DNA of 64,000 nt from an uncultured Gammaproteobacteria bacterium (GCA_964397195.1 CAYNGY010000004.1:1923-65922), one strand, 5' to 3'; counted from the first letter of the stretch, positions 11,233 through 20,704 are shown. Numbers and translations: made by a program. Notes: a model not told the origin generated them from the letters alone.

Positions 11233-12338
11233 TGCCGCCGCTCACTTCTATCCGACTTCAACGGTCGTTTACTCCCCTCCTCATCGGTTTTCTTATTGTT
11301 GGCGCGTTGATATTTGGAGTGGCGCTCCTGTACACCGACGCCACCACCACCATCACGATCACCCCGCTCCAAAAACAGATCACCACAAGTTTCTCCATTC
11401 CCGTTCAAACTGGCTCTGCGGTTGACGAACAAGCGCTTTCGGCAACCATCGCCAACGAGCCGCTGAAAGCTACCGTCAGTGTCCCCGCCTCCGCTGAGGG
11501 CGAATTAGTTGACGCGCACGCGACCGGTACAATGACCGTTCTTAACACCACGAGCACTGCACAGACACTCGCCGCCACCACTCGCTTTCGTTCCACCGAC
11601 GGTATTATCGTCCGCAGCACAAAACGCGTCGACGTCCCAGGTAAGGGACAGGTCGAGGTACCCGTCATCGCCGACCCCATTGGGGTGAGCGGAAATGTTG
11701 CCGCGGGGAAATTCACCATCGTCGCCCTCTGGCCGGGGTTGCAGGCCAGTATCTACGGACAAACATCAGCCGCTATGACAGGCGGCCAGGTTCGACAAGG
11801 CTCAACCCTCAGCGCGGATGACTTGAACGCGGCGAGTACCAAGGCCCGTGAAGAAATAGCTACAACCTTCGGTACATCCTCCTCGGGAACAATCAAGTTC
11901 GTCACCCCAAAATCGGTCACGACAAATCCGGCGGCAAATAAACCAAGTGATTCGTACGCCGTAACGGTCACCATGACGGGAACCACCGTCACCTATAATC
12001 CGAAGGATCTTGAGTCGTTTGTGCGGACAAAATTGGCAAAGGAAGTCCCCACCGGTTTCTTATTGCAATCATTTGAACAGCCAACCATCACCCAAACTAG
12101 CGATCTAGACCTGACCCTGCGCATCGAGGTCAAAGGCTGGGCCGCTCCTGACACGACGGCTGATATCTTCAACGCCGGACTATTCGCCGGGAAGTCTCGT
12201 TCGACGATTACCCAGCTCCTTCTCGAAACTGAGCGGGTCAAGGCGGTCGTCGTCTCCTTTGCCCCCGGCTGGCAAACAACGGCCCCGAACGATCCACAGC
12301 ATATCCGTATCACCTTTACCGACCCGTCGGCGCCTTGA
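11232..12338 (+). CDS. hypothetical Thr/Ser-rich membrane-anchored protein, translationally coupled to dnaE (TAATG overlap)
   Basis: N-terminal TM (LLIGFLIVGALIFGVALLY), then a low-complexity T/S-rich extracellular region. Confidence 0.5.
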   Translation: MPPLTSIRLQRSFTPLLIGFLIVGALIFGVALLYTDATTTITITPLQKQITTSFSIPVQTGSAVDEQALSATIANEPLKATVSVPASAEGELVDAHATGTMTVLNTTSTAQTLAATTRFRSTDGIIVRSTKRVDVPGKGQVEVPVIADPIGVSGNVAAGKFTIVALWPGLQASIYGQTSAAMTGGQVRQGSTLSADDLNAASTKAREEIATTFGTSSSGTIKFVTPKSVTTNPAANKPSDSYAVTVTMTGTTVTYNPKDLESFVRTKLAKEVPTGFLLQSFEQPTITQTSDLDLTLRIEVKGWAAPDTTADIFNAGLFAGKSRSTITQLLLETERVKAVVVSFAPGWQTTAPNDPQHIRITFTDPSAP

Positions 12339-12354
12339 CTGGCGGCCAAAACCA

Positions 12355-12595
12355 TGGGACAATCGGCACAGAGAGCGCGTTGAACGAACTAGCCTCCCTT
12401 ACCTCGGCCCGACAGGAAGCGTAGACCACGACTGAGAGCCTACGCCGGCAACCGCAAGAGAGCACCACTCGCGAGCGCTACGACAATTCGAAAGTGTCCC
12501 GCCGAGTTCGGGAAAATTGGGTGGAACCGCCCTCCAGAAAAAGGGTCCCAAGCATCAAAAATGATGATTGGTTCTTTATGTATAACCCCACGTCT
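12355..12595 (+). promoter_or_regulatory. putative T-box leader (tRNA-Thr sensing) upstream of thrS
   Basis: TGGGTGGAACCGCC at 12518-12531 matches the T-box core AGGGTGGNACCGCG in 12 of 14 positions. Upstream AGAGAG (about 12369) and GTTGA (about 12380) resemble Stem-I K-turn elements. ACC-A (Thr codon plus purine) at about 12409. No obvious intrinsic terminator, so it may act at translation initiation. Confidence 0.35.
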
Positions 12596-14359
12596 ATGTC
12601 AGCGTCATCCGCAAAAAAACCTTCGATCGAAACAATTCGACATACCCTCGCCCATCTCTTGGCCCATGCGGTCCTTGACGCCTACCCAACGGCGAAACTC
12701 GGCGTTGGTCCGGCGATCGAAAATGGTTTTTACTATGACTTTGAACTCTCGCGCCCGCTGACCGAGGCCGACCTGAAACCACTCGAGAAACGGATGCGCC
12801 ACTTGATCCAGCAAAACCTGGCCCTGACCAGCGTCGCCGCCAACGACCCGACAGTCACAGCGTACATGGCCCACCAGCCTTTTAAACAAGAACTGCAAAA
12901 AGAGTTTCTCGGTGCGGGACAATCCGTGACCTACTACCAAGTTGGAAAATTTATCGACCTCTGTCGTGGCGGCCATGTCGCCACCACACATGAGATTCCC
13001 GTCGACGCCTTTCACTTGAGCCATGTCGCCGGAGCGTACTGGCGCGGCGATGCCACTCGTCCGATGCTCCAACGCATTTATGGACTAGCCTTCGCCACCA
13101 AGGCCGAACTTGACGCCCATATCGCTCGCCAAGCGGAAGCGAAGAAGCGCGATCACAAAATTCTCGGTCCTCAACTGGATCTCTTCACATTCTCCGAACT
13201 CGTCGGCAGTGGATTACCACTCTGGACCCCGCGTGGAACACTCGTCCGTAATCTCCTTGACGCCTACGTCTGGGAACTTCGTTCGGCGGTCGGCTATGAT
13301 CGTGTCGAAATCCCTCACATCACGAAAAAAGATCTGTACGAAAAGAGTGGCCACTGGCAAAAGTTTCAAGATGAACTATTCAAAATCACCACCCGTGAAG
13401 GCCACGTCTTCGCCATGAAACCGATGAATTGCCCGCATCACACCCAGATCTACAATCGTCGACAACATAGCTACCGCGAACTCCCCCAACGCTACGCCAA
13501 CACCACCATGTGCTACCGTGACGAGCAAAGTGGCGAGCTGGCTGGGATTTCCCGCGCCCGCGCCTTCACCCAAGATGATGCGCACGTCTTTTGTCGCGAA
13601 ATGCAGGTCGAAGACGAGATGCGCAAAATTTGGCATATTATCAACGCCTTTTATAAAGCCTCCGGCTTTGCCCTAAAAGTCCGTCTCTCGCTCCATGACC
13701 CGGCCCACATGGAAAAATACCTCGGCGATGAAAAACGATGGGTCGCGGCGGAAAAACAACTTCGTGCCCTCGCCAGAGCAGAAAACGTCCAGGCACCGGA
13801 AGCAATTGGCGAAGCCGCGTTCTATGGTCCGAAAATAGATTTCATGGCCCAAGACTCAATCGGCCGCGAATGGCAAGTCGCGACGATCCAGCTCGACATG
13901 AACCTGCCGGAGCGTTTCGATCTCACGTGTGTCAACGAAAAAGGAGACCACGAACGAATCGTCATGATTCATGCGGCCATTATGGGATCCATCGAGCGCT
14001 TTCTCTCGATCTTGATTGAACACCACGCCGGCGCCTTCCCGCTCTGGCTTTGCCCGGTCCAAGTTCAGATCATCCCCGTCACCACGAAGCACATGGCGAT
14101 CGGCCGAAAATTACAGAAAACCATCGCCGCCGCCGGACTGCGGGTCGTCCTTGATGAATCGAATGACACTGTCGGATACAAAATTCGCCGGGCGGAAAAA
14201 GAAAAGATCCCGTACATGATTGTCGTCGGCGATAAAGAAAAAAGCTTACGTCAAGTCGCTGTCCGTATTCGCGGAAAGCAGGATGTCAAAAAAGTTACAC
14301 TCACCGCCTGGTTGAAACAACTTCAACGTGCCATTGAAAAAAAATCACTCGCACTCTAG
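12596..14359 (+). CDS. thrS: threonyl-tRNA synthetase (lacks the N-terminal TGS domain)
   Basis: Starts in the N2/editing domain (IRHTLAHLLAHAVLDAYPTAKLGVGPAIENGFYYDF), class II motifs, C-terminal anticodon-binding domain. Confidence 0.9.
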   Translation: MSASSAKKPSIETIRHTLAHLLAHAVLDAYPTAKLGVGPAIENGFYYDFELSRPLTEADLKPLEKRMRHLIQQNLALTSVAANDPTVTAYMAHQPFKQELQKEFLGAGQSVTYYQVGKFIDLCRGGHVATTHEIPVDAFHLSHVAGAYWRGDATRPMLQRIYGLAFATKAELDAHIARQAEAKKRDHKILGPQLDLFTFSELVGSGLPLWTPRGTLVRNLLDAYVWELRSAVGYDRVEIPHITKKDLYEKSGHWQKFQDELFKITTREGHVFAMKPMNCPHHTQIYNRRQHSYRELPQRYANTTMCYRDEQSGELAGISRARAFTQDDAHVFCREMQVEDEMRKIWHIINAFYKASGFALKVRLSLHDPAHMEKYLGDEKRWVAAEKQLRALARAENVQAPEAIGEAAFYGPKIDFMAQDSIGREWQVATIQLDMNLPERFDLTCVNEKGDHERIVMIHAAIMGSIERFLSILIEHHAGAFPLWLCPVQVQIIPVTTKHMAIGRKLQKTIAAAGLRVVLDESNDTVGYKIRRAEKEKIPYMIVVGDKEKSLRQVAVRIRGKQDVKKVTLTAWLKQLQRAIEKKSLAL

Positions 14360-15257
14360 GCGCACCATTGTCGTTATCCTGGGCCCGACCTCAAGCGGCA
14401 AATCAGCGCTCGGTATCGCCTTGGCCCGACAATTCAACGGCCTGATTATTTCCGCGGATTCGCGGCAGGTCTACCGCGGACTCAATATTGGTTCCGGCAA
14501 AGTCACCAAGCGAGAACAGCGGCTCGCTCCGCATGTCCTCCTCGATGTCGCCTCACCTCGCCGACAATATTCCGTGGCCCATTTCGTTCGAGATGCACTA
14601 CGCGCAATCAACGCCACCCCAACGACCGTCCCTATCTTTATTGTCGGTGGAACACCCTACTACATCAGCGCCCTACTCGGCGAACAGCAGTTTTCTGATG
14701 TTCCACCAGATCACCACGTCCGTGCCCGCCTAGCCACCAAAACACTCCCCGAACTCCAAAGCGAATTACGACGCCTTGACCCGAAACGGTACCGCACAAT
14801 CGACCGGCTGAACCCTCGTCGTTTGATCCGCGCGATTGAAATCGCCAACGCACATATACCCCCCGAGGGTATGTCTCCGGTCATCGATCGTCGTGATTGG
14901 CGCGTCCTGAAAATTGGACTATCACTCCCCCGTCAAAAACTCTACACCCGCATCGACCGCCGCCTTGATGCGCGTATTCGTCAGGGCATGGTCGCCGAAG
15001 TCCGAGCCCTGCACGAGCGTGGGCTGAGCTGGAAACGTCTTGATGCGTTCGGACTTGAATACCGTTTTATCAGCCGCTTCCTCCGCCATCAATACACCAA
15101 GCCGGAAGCCATCCAATTCCTGAAGGGCGCCATCCACGACTTCACCCGGCGCCAACTGACCTGGTGGCGGAAAGACACCACGATACACTGGATACCCAAA
15201 CCAGACCGCGCTAGCGGCCTCGTTATGCGCTTCCTCCGCGCCTCAGACGCCGAGTGA
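14328..15257 (+). CDS. miaA: tRNA dimethylallyltransferase
   Basis: P-loop GPTSSGKS, IPPtase family. Overlaps the thrS 3' end by 32 nt. Confidence 0.85.
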   Translation: MPLKKNHSHSRRTIVVILGPTSSGKSALGIALARQFNGLIISADSRQVYRGLNIGSGKVTKREQRLAPHVLLDVASPRRQYSVAHFVRDALRAINATPTTVPIFIVGGTPYYISALLGEQQFSDVPPDHHVRARLATKTLPELQSELRRLDPKRYRTIDRLNPRRLIRAIEIANAHIPPEGMSPVIDRRDWRVLKIGLSLPRQKLYTRIDRRLDARIRQGMVAEVRALHERGLSWKRLDAFGLEYRFISRFLRHQYTKPEAIQFLKGAIHDFTRRQLTWWRKDTTIHWIPKPDRASGLVMRFLRASDAE

Positions 15258-16730
15258 CTTTTTGAGAACTTCTAACGCCACCTGCGGGTTGGCCTTGCCT
15301 TTCGATTGCTTCATCACCTGCCCGACGAGAAATTGGACCCCGACGGTTTTTCCCGCCCGAATCTCGGCCACCACTTTTTCATTCGCCGCAATGACGGTCG
15401 TCACAATTTCCTGTAACCCCGAGAGGTCACTCATCTGTTCAAGTCCAAGTTCTTTCACGAGCAAATGCGGACCTTTTTTCGTCAGGCGCATCTGTTCATA
15501 GACGGTTTGTGCCGCCGCAGCATTTATCATTCCCTGTCGAAACATCCAGAGCAATCGCGCCATATCGGCGGCCGGGACACTCAGTCCGTGTGTATCGCGA
15601 TGTTCAACAGAAATTTTATTCAATAACCAGTTGGCAATCGCCCGGCGAATATCATTTCCCGTCTCGGCAAATAATCGCGCCGCTTCCTCGGCCGACAGTT
15701 CGGCTTCAGCGTACGCCCGGTATTCGCTCACCACATCTTCAAAATACGCCGCCAACGCCTTATCACGGACCAAAACATCAGCCTGATCGACGGTCAACCC
15801 ATACTGTTCATGAAAACGAGCGCGTCGATCCGCTGGCAGTTCGGGAATAGCCTGTCGAAGTATATCCAACTCGTCGTTGGTAAGTCGTATGGGCGGAATA
15901 TCCGGCTCCGGAAAATACCGATAATCGGCCTCACCTTCTTTGGTTCGCTGTTCTTTTGTGGTTCCGCTCAATTCATCCCAGCCTCGGGTTGATGACGTCG
16001 TCGGGGCCGACCCTTCTTCCCACAGCGCCGACTGCCGAGATATTTCGTACGTTAACGCCGACTCAAGAGCTTTAAAAGAGTTGATATTCTTAATCTCCGT
16101 TTTCGGGTAGAGCGTCGTCTCGCCGACCGGACGGAGCGAAATGTTTGCATCACAACGCAAATGCCCTTTTTCCATATCGGCATCCGAAACTCCAAGGTAT
16201 CGGGCAATCAATTGTAGCTCTTCGGCGTAGGTCCGTGCTTCGAGCGGCGTACGAAAATCCGGCTCACTCACAATTTCCATCAACGGCGTTCCGGCCCGGT
16301 TGAGATCAACCAGGGAATACTTCTGACCGCTCGGGTGAATCAGTTTTCCGGCGTCTTCTTCAAGGTGGAGTCGATGGATGCGAAACGCCCGCAGTTCGCC
16401 ACCAATCGGAACCGTCACCTTGCCCGCAAAGCCAAACGGCAGATCATATTGGCTGACCTGGTAGCCCTTCGGCAGATCCGGATAGAAATACGATTTACGA
16501 TCAAACTTTGAATCTTGGTTGATGGTACAGCCAAGCGCCAATGAGGTCATCACCGCCCAGTCAATCGCCTGTTTGTTCGGTACCGGCAAGGCGCCCGGCT
16601 GACCGGAGCAGACCGGACAAATTGCCGCATTCGGTGCCTGATCGTCGCGATTATCGCATCGACAAAACATCTTCGACGCGGTTTTCAGTTGCACATGGAC
16701 TTCCAGTCCGATAATGGTTTCCAGTTGCAT
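15243..16730 (-). CDS. gatB: Asp-tRNA(Asn)/Glu-tRNA(Gln) amidotransferase subunit B
   Basis: MQLETIIGLEVHVQLKT..., GatB/YqeY C-terminal domain. Confidence 0.9.
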   Translation of the reverse strand: MQLETIIGLEVHVQLKTASKMFCRCDNRDDQAPNAAICPVCSGQPGALPVPNKQAIDWAVMTSLALGCTINQDSKFDRKSYFYPDLPKGYQVSQYDLPFGFAGKVTVPIGGELRAFRIHRLHLEEDAGKLIHPSGQKYSLVDLNRAGTPLMEIVSEPDFRTPLEARTYAEELQLIARYLGVSDADMEKGHLRCDANISLRPVGETTLYPKTEIKNINSFKALESALTYEISRQSALWEEGSAPTTSSTRGWDELSGTTKEQRTKEGEADYRYFPEPDIPPIRLTNDELDILRQAIPELPADRRARFHEQYGLTVDQADVLVRDKALAAYFEDVVSEYRAYAEAELSAEEAARLFAETGNDIRRAIANWLLNKISVEHRDTHGLSVPAADMARLLWMFRQGMINAAAAQTVYEQMRLTKKGPHLLVKELGLEQMSDLSGLQEIVTTVIAANEKVVAEIRAGKTVGVQFLVGQVMKQSKGKANPQVALEVLKKSLGV

Positions 16731-16756
16731 ATCGTCGATATTCTACCGATTTATCG

Positions 16757-16793
16757 ATAAAAAAGAAAGGGGGCCAGCGTTTCCGCCGGACCC
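16757..16793 (-). terminator. intrinsic terminator closing high-GC cassette 1
   Basis: Minus-strand GGGGTCCGGCG-GAAA-CGCTGGCCCC hairpin (GNRA loop) followed by CTTTCTTTTTT. Confidence 0.55.
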
Positions 16794-16809
16794 CGTGAAT
16801 CGGATGTAC

Positions 16810-17046
16810 CTAGGTTCGGCGTGACTTCTTCCGCCGACGTCGGCGGGTGCGCTTGAGATCGAGTGCCAACCACCGCAAATGTGCATCTCGGCACTCCTGA
16901 CGCGGACAACGCTTCAAGTGCTCCCACGCGCTGAGGCGGACGCCGGGATGTGACGGTCGCCCATTCACCCCGACCGTCGCGGCCGTCTGGCGGGCCAGCG
17001 CGCAGGTGATGCCACGCTGGACATGTCGGGCCTTGACGTTCCGCAT
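16810..17046 (-). CDS. small Arg-rich basic protein (78 aa), translationally coupled to thyX
   Basis: ATG 2 nt after the thyX TGA. High GC3. C-terminal RTRRRRRKKSRRT tail. Confidence 0.45.
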   Translation of the reverse strand: MRNVKARHVQRGITCALARQTAATVGVNGRPSHPGVRLSAWEHLKRCPRQECRDAHLRWLALDLKRTRRRRRKKSRRT

Positions 17047-17048
17047 GG

Positions 17049-17852
17049 TCAGACCTTGACGTGGTCGGTACGGGTGACGAAGGAACCGTCGGGCAGGGCC
17101 ACGAGCGTGTAGTCGCCGAACATACTCGGCGCTTCCCGCTGCATGATCTTCAGCACCGCGACGGCGACCTTGCGGATCTCGACCTCGGCGTGCTCACTGC
17201 CCCGCAGCTCGATGAAGTGTCGCAGAGCCCGCGCATTCGCCGTGACGAAGATCTTGGTCTCCGTCGCGTTGGGTAGGACCGACCGCGCCGCCTGCCGCGC
17301 CATCTTCCGGCGCAACGTCTTGTCGGTCACGTACTGGAACTTCTCCTCGAGACCGGCCACGAGCAGATCGTAGCCACGTCGCGCGGCGTTGATCGCATGG
17401 GCCCAGATCGCGTGAAGCGCCGGGTCGTCCGCGATCACGTCCGGCTCGATGTAGTCGGAATCGCTCTCGTCCACGTACCGCTGAGAAAGCTGCGAATACG
17501 AGAAGTGACGATGGCGGATGAGCTCGTGGGTGAACGAGCGGGACGCGCCGGTGATCAGGAAGTTCCAGACGCCGTGCTCGAGGACCGAACCGTGTCCGAC
17601 CTCGATCAGGTGCGACATGAACTCCCCATTCGTCTTGCGACCTCGGCCGTACGACATGTAGCAGACCCGTCCGGCGATCTCGGCCAGCTTCTCAGCGCCG
17701 ACCTCCGTGTCCGTCTCCCAGGTCATGCCTTCGTCCGCCAGGAACCGTTCGATGTCCTCGTCGCAGGTGACCTGCTTTCCGACGAGAAACACCTTCGGCT
17801 CACGACTGATGGCCAGTGTTCCGGCGTAGTCACGCTCGAGCTTCGTGTCCAT
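17049..17852 (-). CDS. thyX: flavin-dependent thymidylate synthase ThyX
   Basis: ThyX signature RHRHFSYSQLSQRY. Start at MDTKLERDY, preceded by SD GGGAGGA. About 63% GC with strong GC3 bias. Confidence 0.85.
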   Translation of the reverse strand: MDTKLERDYAGTLAISREPKVFLVGKQVTCDEDIERFLADEGMTWETDTEVGAEKLAEIAGRVCYMSYGRGRKTNGEFMSHLIEVGHGSVLEHGVWNFLITGASRSFTHELIRHRHFSYSQLSQRYVDESDSDYIEPDVIADDPALHAIWAHAINAARRGYDLLVAGLEEKFQYVTDKTLRRKMARQAARSVLPNATETKIFVTANARALRHFIELRGSEHAEVEIRKVAVAVLKIMQREAPSMFGDYTLVALPDGSFVTRTDHVKV

Positions 17853-17986
17853 GCATCCTCCCCCAACGGTCATCCGTCGCGCAGGTGGTAGATACTGCCT
17901 GTAAGGGGCAACTACTTCACCCCTCTGTTGTGAAGTCGGGAGTAGCCTAGCAGAACAACGGCTCCCCGGTCAAAGGTACTCGACCA

Positions 17987-18041
17987 AACCTTTTATCATA
18001 ACAACATAAACTGAATTTTTGCTGAAAAAGGTCATTTTTTG
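17987..18041 (-). promoter_or_regulatory. AT-rich internal promoter for thyX (extended -10 TGTTATGAT) with upstream ATCTTAGCCAAAAA element
   Basis: Minus-strand TATGAT at 17992-17987 preceded by TGT. The 14-nt element (plus coords 18028-18041) lies exactly 35 nt upstream of the -10, the same element and spacing as in the atp operon promoter. Confidence 0.4.
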
Positions 18042-18103
18042 GCTAAGATAAAAGGAGTCCCCGGACCGCTGTCGCGGCCCAGGGAAGATTCGGATGTGCA
18101 TGA

Positions 18104-18802
18104 TCAGCGTCGCCGGCGCTTGGCCTGTGCCAGGGCCGCGTGGATGAGCTGAGAGGTCTCATTCCAGTCCTCCGGGAGCTCATAGCACGTGTCGCACCGG
18201 GCTTCGTAGGTGATTCCGGCGTTGTTGTACTTCGGGGTGTCCGGCAGGAAGACCGGGTGGAAGCGCGGAACCGGCTGGCCGAACTCGAGTCGCTGCGGAT
18301 ACTCCGCGCCCCAGCGTTCGCACTTCTTACAGCGGGCCTCGAGGAATTCCCGCTGGCCGGGCACCGCGATCAGGTTCGCCATCAACGGGAATGGGACCCC
18401 GCGGAAGTCGACCGGTAACCCGGACAGGAAGAGATTACGACCGGATCGTCGGACGGCCGCCAGCATCTCGAATGCGGCATCTGGCCCCTCGCGAAACGTC
18501 TGCGCGAACTGGACCTCGTCGAAGAAGATGTTCAGCGCATTCGATCGCAGGATATAGCGAGCCATCTGGGTCAGGCTCGACACCGGGATGGTTTCCGGAT
18601 ACTGCGCCTGGATACGACTCTTCACGCCGACCACGGTACGCATCGCCATCCGTGGCTGGAAGAACAAGACCCCGGACCGTTGGTTGGCCGGATCACGCGC
18701 CAGCCCGATCAGTCGGGTGGTTTTACCGGCGGTCATGTTGGCCACGATGATGCGCTGATCACCGAGGGTGTGAGACCGCAACGTTGGGAAGTCCAGCTTC
18801 AT
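18104..18802 (-). CDS. tdk: thymidine kinase
   Basis: P-loop NMTAGKTT, DEVQF, DFRG, and a C-terminal CKKC...CDTC zinc ribbon, all matching TK1-type Tdk. SD GAGGTG 7 nt before ATG 18802. Confidence 0.8.
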   Translation of the reverse strand: MKLDFPTLRSHTLGDQRIIVANMTAGKTTRLIGLARDPANQRSGVLFFQPRMAMRTVVGVKSRIQAQYPETIPVSSLTQMARYILRSNALNIFFDEVQFAQTFREGPDAAFEMLAAVRRSGRNLFLSGLPVDFRGVPFPLMANLIAVPGQREFLEARCKKCERWGAEYPQRLEFGQPVPRFHPVFLPDTPKYNNAGITYEARCDTCYELPEDWNETSQLIHAALAQAKRRRR

Positions 18803-18845
18803 AGTGCACCTCACAGAGAAGGACGGTCAGGGACGGACGGCTATG

Positions 18846-18874
18846 ACCCTATCAAATCCCCTCAGTCTGGTCAA
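18846..18874 (-). promoter_or_regulatory. promoter P3 of high-GC cassette 1 (TTGACC-17-TAGGGT with GGGGATTTGA block)
   Basis: Minus strand TTGACCagactgaGGGGATTTGATAGGGT. Same architecture as P1 (29321) and P2 (51738). Confidence 0.5.
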
Positions 18875-18940
18875 CGCAAAGACTATATCGATCTGTCGAG
18901 TGACACCCAATACGCATGTCAGCCGAAATGTCACTCAAAC

Positions 18941-18970
18941 AAAAACAAAAACGCCCAACGGGCGTTTTTG
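18941..18970. terminator. bidirectional intrinsic terminator downstream of rplA
   Basis: AAAAACAAAAACGCCCAACGGGCGTTTTTG: a 5-bp GC stem flanked by an A-tract and a T-tract. Confidence 0.7.
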
Positions 18971-18983
18971 TGACGATCAGATA

Positions 18984-19661
18984 CTAGGCGGCGATTTTGA
19001 TCCCCGGCCCCATCGAACTAGTCAGGGTCACCGAAGCCAAATATGTTCCCTTCGTTTCCGCTGGCTTGGCTTTCTTGACTGCCTCGAGGAACGCTTCAGC
19101 ATTCGCTTGAATTTGCTCTGCCGAAAATGAGGCCTTCCCAATGATTTGGTGGAGGTTACCCGTTGTATCAGAACGGAAGCTGATTTTTCCGCCGTTCAAG
19201 GCTGTCACCATCGCCGCCGGATCGGCCGTGACGGTTTCGTTCTTTGGGTTCGGCATCAGCCCTTTTGTCCCGAGCGTCTTTGCAATCGGGGCGAGACTTT
19301 TCATCATATCCGGAGTCGCCAAAACGATGTCGAAATTCGTCCGATTCGTTTTTTTGATCTCGGCGATCAAATCGTCGTCACCCACGACCGCAGCTCCGGC
19401 CTCGGTTGCGGCTTTCGCCACGGCGCCCTTCGCAAACACCGCAATGGTCAGCTTCTTCCCGGTCCCGTGCGGCAACGATGCCGTGGCGCGAACCAGCTGC
19501 TCGGCTTTCGTCGGGTCAACACCGAGTCGCACGTGCATTTCGATGCTCGAATCAAACTTGGTGGTCGCGGTCTGTTTCACCAAGGCGACCGCTTCAGTGA
19601 GCGGATAAACCTTCTCCGCCTCGATCAGGCCGTAGGCGGCTTTATAGCGCTTGCTACGCAT
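18984..19661 (-). CDS. rplA: 50S ribosomal protein L1
   Basis: Full-length L1 homolog (…TKFDSSIEMHVRLGVDP…). Confidence 0.9.
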   Translation of the reverse strand: MRSKRYKAAYGLIEAEKVYPLTEAVALVKQTATTKFDSSIEMHVRLGVDPTKAEQLVRATASLPHGTGKKLTIAVFAKGAVAKAATEAGAAVVGDDDLIAEIKKTNRTNFDIVLATPDMMKSLAPIAKTLGTKGLMPNPKNETVTADPAAMVTALNGGKISFRSDTTGNLHQIIGKASFSAEQIQANAEAFLEAVKKAKPAETKGTYLASVTLTSSMGPGIKIAA

Positions 19662-19738
19662 ATCTGTGTCCTTTCGTGGTACAAGCCCCGCCTTCGTGCT
19701 CCATGCACTCCGGCGGGTCCCACAAATAGTGAATAAAC

Positions 19739-20704
19739 TTACGAAATTGGTTGGCCCGTTGGGACGGGTGGTTTTTGGGTTTCCTTACGAATCCGAGCGA
19801 AATGGTACCAGAAGAGCGGAATACCGACAAGGACCAACGGAATCGTGGTGGCGAGGTCGTTCGCTGTCGCCCCAGTATTCGAGTTTTGACGATCGCGATA
19901 GGTCTGCCAGTCTTTCTTCCAAGCCTTGGCCACCGCCACGTCATCCGCCGTAAACCCGCAATTTTTTTCACAGGCGATGACGCTATCAGGCAAGGCGGTC
20001 TCAGTATACAACCCGCCGACGGTTGGAATTGGCATGGTGTTCTTGTTGGCCGTATCAACCTTCAGCGCAACATTGAGAACGGTATTGATCAGCATCGCGC
20101 CGCCCACCACCGCCGTCACCAATCCGGCAAATGCCACGCCGTAGTAGTAGACCGAACGCAATGGCGATGGTTTTGGATGGACAGCGTACTCCTCGGCCGC
20201 GCCCTTGTTCATCCAGTTGATGAAGAGTAGGTAAAGCGGGAGAGCGATAATCAGAATCGCGAGTGCCCCCGCAATCGCCCGACGAGTTTGAATGGAGTAG
20301 GTACTCGTCGACTGCCAGTTCGCATAGGATGTCTTCAGATCGGCAAATGACTGCTTGTCAGCCGCCGTCATTTCGCAATCCGTCGTACAGGCATACGGTT
20401 GTGACGATTGGAATTTCGTATCGGTTGGATTGCCGGTCAGATAAAACGTTGGCGGCGTATTGTAGCGCTGGTTGTATTCCTTCGCCGTCGGCAAGACCGT
20501 TTCCTTCAGCCCAATGACAAGCAATGAGACGAGCGACCCGATGGTCATGACCAACATCAGCAACGAGACGATCGTATAGAACGCCTGTCGATAGCCGTAT
20601 TTCCGCTCCTGACGCATGTCTTGGACAATCGCGACCGCCACCAAGGCTAAGACGCCGACGCCCGCCACCATCATGAGCGGCCCGATGAATGAAAGTGTAT
20701 CCAT
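19739..20704 (-). CDS. polytopic membrane protein with an internally duplicated C-x3-C-x-[MF]TA[AD]D...W[QK] module, inserted between rplK and rplA
   Basis: Five predicted TM helices. Two loops carry ACTTDCEMTAADKQSFADLKTSYANWQ and ACEKNCGFTADDVAVAKAWKKDWQ respectively. Confidence 0.5.
   Translation of the reverse strand: MDTLSFIGPLMMVAGVGVLALVAVAIVQDMRQERKYGYRQAFYTIVSLLMLVMTIGSLVSLLVIGLKETVLPTAKEYNQRYNTPPTFYLTGNPTDTKFQSSQPYACTTDCEMTAADKQSFADLKTSYANWQSTSTYSIQTRRAIAGALAILIIALPLYLLFINWMNKGAAEEYAVHPKPSPLRSVYYYGVAFAGLVTAVVGGAMLINTVLNVALKVDTANKNTMPIPTVGGLYTETALPDSVIACEKNCGFTADDVAVAKAWKKDWQTYRDRQNSNTGATANDLATTIPLVLVGIPLFWYHFARIRKETQKPPVPTGQPIS

Noticed and set aside
17061-18973. Numerous plus-strand ORFs (17061..17276, 17397..17891, 18140..18418, 18210..18557, 18391..18750, 18680..18973) overlapping thyX/tdk
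   Set aside because: The high GC of the island suppresses stop codons in all frames. They overlap well-supported minus-strand genes with clear motifs, so they are treated as spurious.
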